Assembly: GCF_040240325.1 (NCBI RefSeq)
Contig: NZ_JBEIAD010000001.1
Coordinates: forward strand, 448,972 to 480,971
Source of the DNA: Brenneria sp. L3-3Z
GTDB taxonomy: Bacteria > Pseudomonadota > Gammaproteobacteria > Enterobacterales > Enterobacteriaceae
Length of the DNA stretch: 32,000 nucleotides
Direction: 5' to 3'
The notes under the pieces are model-generated. The model did no database searches, was not told the origin of the DNA, and worked only from the letters and a program-made list of their open reading frames with translations. Of the stretch, positions 29,087 through 32,000 are shown piece after piece. Position 1 is the stretch's first letter, and every line of letters starts with the position of its first letter. Both the position numbers and the translations under genes were made by a program.

Positions 29087-29114
29087 AGTATAGATAAAGC
29101 CAGTATAGTTAAAG
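29087..29114. repeat. Tandem 13-nt direct repeat (15-bp period) upstream of ydfG
   Basis: AGTATAGATAAAG cc AGTATAGTTAAAG (12/13 identical), 100-125 bp upstream of the ydfG ATG. In addition the 9-mer ATGGAAGGC occurs twice, at 29058-29066 and 29126-29134, flanking the repeats. Confidence 0.5.
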
Positions 29115-29248
29115 TCACGACCCCTATGGAAGGCAAAGAAGAAGGATAGCAATCCTGCTTGAATGCTAACCGCATATTCATTGACCTTCGATGAACCGCC
29201 GCCGCGAAGCGGCTGTTCTTTCATTATGAGAGATAGAGACGAGGACGT

Positions 29249-30466
29249 TTACGCATCTTTATTATCTGCTTCCACGGCATCGTAAAGCCGCTCAAGGATG
29301 TCAGGGAAAGCGGACTGGACACGGTTCCAGCTTGGAACAAAGGGTTTATCCCCAGGGCTCTCGGTATAAACCTGACCAGAAAGCGTAATCACATCAGAGA
29401 ATAATTCGACGGCGGATTCTTCCGTATGCCGATCAAAATGCAGCCCATTCATCCGGGCGTCGTGTTCGAAAGCATCAATCATATCCAGCGCGGTTCGGTA
29501 GTAGGTCGCCCGCAGGACGCGGAATGAATCCGTCGTAATATTGACGCCTAAAATCGCCAGCTTGCGGTACAGCGCTTTGGTGATATCGCTCGCCATACGT
29601 TGCAGCCCCGCGCTGGGATCATTTTCCGACATCGGCTGATGCTTATGGTCATAGTTGTCGGCAATATCCACCTGACAGATACGGCTGGTTGCCGTACCCC
29701 GGTGAATTTCCGACAGAACGCCGATTTCCAGGCCCCAGTCGCTGGGAATACGCAGATTGTTCAAAATATGGGTCCGCATGGCGAACTCGCCGGACAACGG
29801 GTAACGATAACTGCGCATGTACTCCAGATAGTCTGAGTTGCCGTAAACCTTTTGCAAAGATTTCAGCAATGGGAAGACCAGCAGGCGACCGACGCGTCCG
29901 TTGAGTTTGCCGTCGGCGACGCGCGCGTAATAGCCTTTGCAGAAGTCATAATGGAAATGCGGATTCGCCACCGGGTAGAGCAGGCGGGCCAGCATGCCGC
30001 GATTGTAAGTGACAATGTCACAATCATGCAGCGCAACGCAGGTGGTACGACGCGACGCCAGCGTATAACCGACGCAAAACCATACGTTGCGGCCTTTGCC
30101 TGGCTCCGTCGGCGCCAGCGATTTATCCGCCAGTTCATCGCTTAATGCTTTCAGGCGGGGGCCGTCATTCCATAGGATGCGGTGACGCTGCGGCAGGCGC
30201 GAGAAAAACTGGCGCGCAAATTGAAACTGTTCTTTATCGGCGCGATCCAAACCGATGACGATCTCGCCGAGATAAGACACTTTGGACAACAGGTCGATAA
30301 TATTATCCAGCGCCGGTCCTTCCAGCTCGGAAAAAAGGGACGGAAGGATAAGTCCCATGCTGTTTTGTCCGGAAAAGACCTGTAGCTCGTATTCAAGTTC
30401 TTCCACGCTGCGTTGGGTCAGATTGTGAAAGTTGGTAATTATTCCATCCTGATAAAACTCACTCAT
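29249..30466 (-). CDS. Glucosyl-/mannosyl-3-phosphoglycerate synthase family glycosyltransferase (GpgS/MpgS-type)
   Basis: 405 aa. DxD-type motif in CVALHDCDIVTY, then KGYYAR, LSGEFAMR, DWGLEIGVLSE and DNYDHKHQ. These align in order with motifs I recall from archaeal/thermophile MpgS/GpgS enzymes (e.g. DADNY, GEHAM, NPHLHENK). It is co-oriented directly downstream of a YedP-type phosphatase. Sugar specificity is not deducible by eye. Confidence 0.75.
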   Translation of the reverse strand: MSEFYQDGIITNFHNLTQRSVEELEYELQVFSGQNSMGLILPSLFSELEGPALDNIIDLLSKVSYLGEIVIGLDRADKEQFQFARQFFSRLPQRHRILWNDGPRLKALSDELADKSLAPTEPGKGRNVWFCVGYTLASRRTTCVALHDCDIVTYNRGMLARLLYPVANPHFHYDFCKGYYARVADGKLNGRVGRLLVFPLLKSLQKVYGNSDYLEYMRSYRYPLSGEFAMRTHILNNLRIPSDWGLEIGVLSEIHRGTATSRICQVDIADNYDHKHQPMSENDPSAGLQRMASDITKALYRKLAILGVNITTDSFRVLRATYYRTALDMIDAFEHDARMNGLHFDRHTEESAVELFSDVITLSGQVYTESPGDKPFVPSWNRVQSAFPDILERLYDAVEADNKDA

Positions 30467-30553
30467 GATGCTCTCCCATACAATGTATGCCTGTCTCCGC
30501 CGCCTTCCCGCGACTTGAATTTAGGCTATATGTGCCTCATATCGTCGATGAAA

Positions 30554-31366
30554 TTAATCACCAATAAAGTATGCAAGACCTTCACTCCAGCCTGTCGGCC
30601 CGGTGGCCCGCGTGCGATATAACCGGCCTGTAAAGTTTTCTGGCAAGGTAACAATTTGATTTACTTTACCTTTAATGATTACTGCATTATCTACTGCACA
30701 TAACAAGGAAACATCATTCGGCCCGTCGCCCAGACCCATCGTCAGCACGGGATTATCATTTTTATCCGTGTACTGTTTTTTTATCCAGTTAACGGCATTT
30801 CCCTTACCGACCTTTTCGCCCATGACATGATAAAAGCGTCCGCCCTGGGTCAGGGATAACCCTGTCTGCGCCAATATCCGGCGAAAATGGGCCAGAGAAT
30901 CGGTATCGCCCAGCCATTGAATGGGCTCAGAGGCTTCACGTCGGCGGGCCAGTTCGGCATCCTGCACCGATAAGCCCGTCAACCTGGCGACCTCTGCGGC
31001 ATTCATATCGGCAAAGCCTCTGAAGCTGAAATCGTACTCGTCGCGTAATTGATTGAGCCGGGCGCAAATGAAAGCGTAGTCGGCGCCAAAAATCTTGCGT
31101 GGATAATTCGGATGCCAATGCCAGTCTGGCGGTAGTGCAATCAGCGCGCCATTTTCAGCAATGTAAGGTAGATGGCTGAGTCCAAGATCGCATTGTAATT
31201 GTTCGACCTCCGCCGTTGTTTTACTGGTGGTGATGATGACGGGGATCTTGTGCTGCGCCAATCGTTCCAGCCACGGACGCGCAGGTTCCCAACTGTAGGT
31301 ATCGTGATCCAGCAGCGAACCGTCGAGGTCGCTGAAAATCATCAGATTGGAACTCAATTCTGACAT
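30554..31366 (-). CDS. yedP: HAD-IIB glycosyl-3-phosphoglycerate phosphatase (YedP/MPGP family)
   Basis: 270 aa. LMIFSDLDGSLLD (HAD motif I), TTSKT (motif II), GLGDGPNDVSLL (motif IV) and ...GPTGWSEGLAYF. Collinear with E. coli YedP (mannosyl-3-phosphoglycerate phosphatase homologue). Confidence 0.88.
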   Translation of the reverse strand: MSELSSNLMIFSDLDGSLLDHDTYSWEPARPWLERLAQHKIPVIITTSKTTAEVEQLQCDLGLSHLPYIAENGALIALPPDWHWHPNYPRKIFGADYAFICARLNQLRDEYDFSFRGFADMNAAEVARLTGLSVQDAELARRREASEPIQWLGDTDSLAHFRRILAQTGLSLTQGGRFYHVMGEKVGKGNAVNWIKKQYTDKNDNPVLTMGLGDGPNDVSLLCAVDNAVIIKGKVNQIVTLPENFTGRLYRTRATGPTGWSEGLAYFIGD

Positions 31367-31612
31367 TCGCGCTCCATAAGTTATTGGGGTAAACAGATAA
31401 TAACGATGAGTGTACCGCGCTGCGTTGAGTCGTTATCTCAGACTGGTTCTCGCTATCAGTCTGATAATAAGATGAAAATTGGCTTAACCCTTACCTTTAA
31501 CTGTATGCATAAATTATCTTTTAGGCAAATTTATGAGAAACGTAACGGCAGGGCGCCTTGAATACTGAAGCGCGACCAGCAAAAAGATGGCCTTGTAGTT
31601 TTGTGAGAATGG

Positions 31613-32000
31613 CTACTCATGAACTGAAAACATGGCCGCAATCTGTTTGGCTGAAACGGGTTTTGAGAAAAAGTAACCCTGCGCTTCGTCACAGCCAAAC
31701 GTTTTGAGCATCAACGCCGTTTCCTCATCTTCAACCCCTTCGGCAAGAACCAGGTAATCCAACTCCTTAAGCATCACGATGATATTACGTACGATAATTC
31801 GGCTACCGGTATCTGTCGTGATAAGGCTGATAAGGGAACGGTCGAGTTTAACGATATCAAGGGGGATACGGCGAAGGTAATTGATGTTGCTATATCCGGC
31901 GCCGAAATCGTCCAACAATATCTTAAAGCCTCTCAGTTTGAGAACGTCGAGTTCATTCAGCGCGATATCGCTTTCCAGTACTTTTTCGGTTTCCAGACAT
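31613..32000 (-). CDS. EAL-domain protein (putative c-di-GMP phosphodiesterase), C-terminal part only; gene continues beyond the right edge
   Basis: The track ORF starts at a TTG at 31918, but the frame stays open to base 32000: ...LETEKVLESDIALNELDVLKLRGFKILLDDFGAGYSNINYLRRIPLDIVKLDRSLI...LAEGVEDEE...GCDEAQGYFFSKP. These are the classic EAL motifs (ELTE-like, DDFGxGYS, KLD, EGVE, QGY). Confidence 0.88.
   Translation of the reverse strand, partial: CLETEKVLESDIALNELDVLKLRGFKILLDDFGAGYSNINYLRRIPLDIVKLDRSLISLITTDTGSRIIVRNIIVMLKELDYLVLAEGVEDEETALMLKTFGCDEAQGYFFSKPVSAKQIAAMFSVHE

Noticed and set aside
1-32000. Search for CRISPR arrays, IS elements or transposases, integrases, toxin-antitoxin pairs, and defence or secretion gene clusters.
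   Set aside because: No regularly spaced direct repeats were found. No DDE/HUH transposase-like or tyrosine-recombinase-like ORFs were found. No small adjacent ORF pairs are left unexplained. Every ORF over 90 aa that is not a shadow ORF is accounted for by a recognisable housekeeping or transport family.

Overview
The window reads as ordinary chromosomal core of an Enterobacterales genome; the genus cannot be determined by eye. It lies near the replication terminus. From memory of the E. coli K-12 map, gene order is collinear with rsxCBA - cnu - ydgJ - add - ydgA - manA - fumC - tus - ynfM - ynfL - mlc - ynfK - ynfD - ynfB - ydfG. Lineage-specific blocks sit between the conserved anchors: (i) an L-arabinose cluster araBA / araFGH-araC with no araD, between cnu and ydgJ; (ii) two BASS/ACR3-superfamily permeases flanking add; (iii) a 14-TMS-type MFS exporter after ynfK; (iv) a two-gene operon for a glycosyl-glycerate compatible solute (YedP-type phosphatase plus GpgS/MpgS-type synthase) next to a truncated EAL-domain gene. 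I call 28 protein-coding genes, two of them cut by the window edges. A near-canonical Tus-binding Ter site lies 10 bp upstream of tus. I saw no rRNA, tRNA, CRISPR array, transposase, integrase or phage gene. I also found no convincing novel multi-gene system such as a defence or toxin island, and I do not claim one. The items most worth a second look are the glycosyl-glycerate operon with its c-di-GMP neighbour, a composite palindromic intergenic element at 11.74-11.96 kb, the polar Ter/tus arrangement, the araD-less rearranged ara locus, and a few unexplained palindromes and direct repeats in promoter regions. Most long antisense ORFs in the track are shadow ORFs of GC-rich genes.
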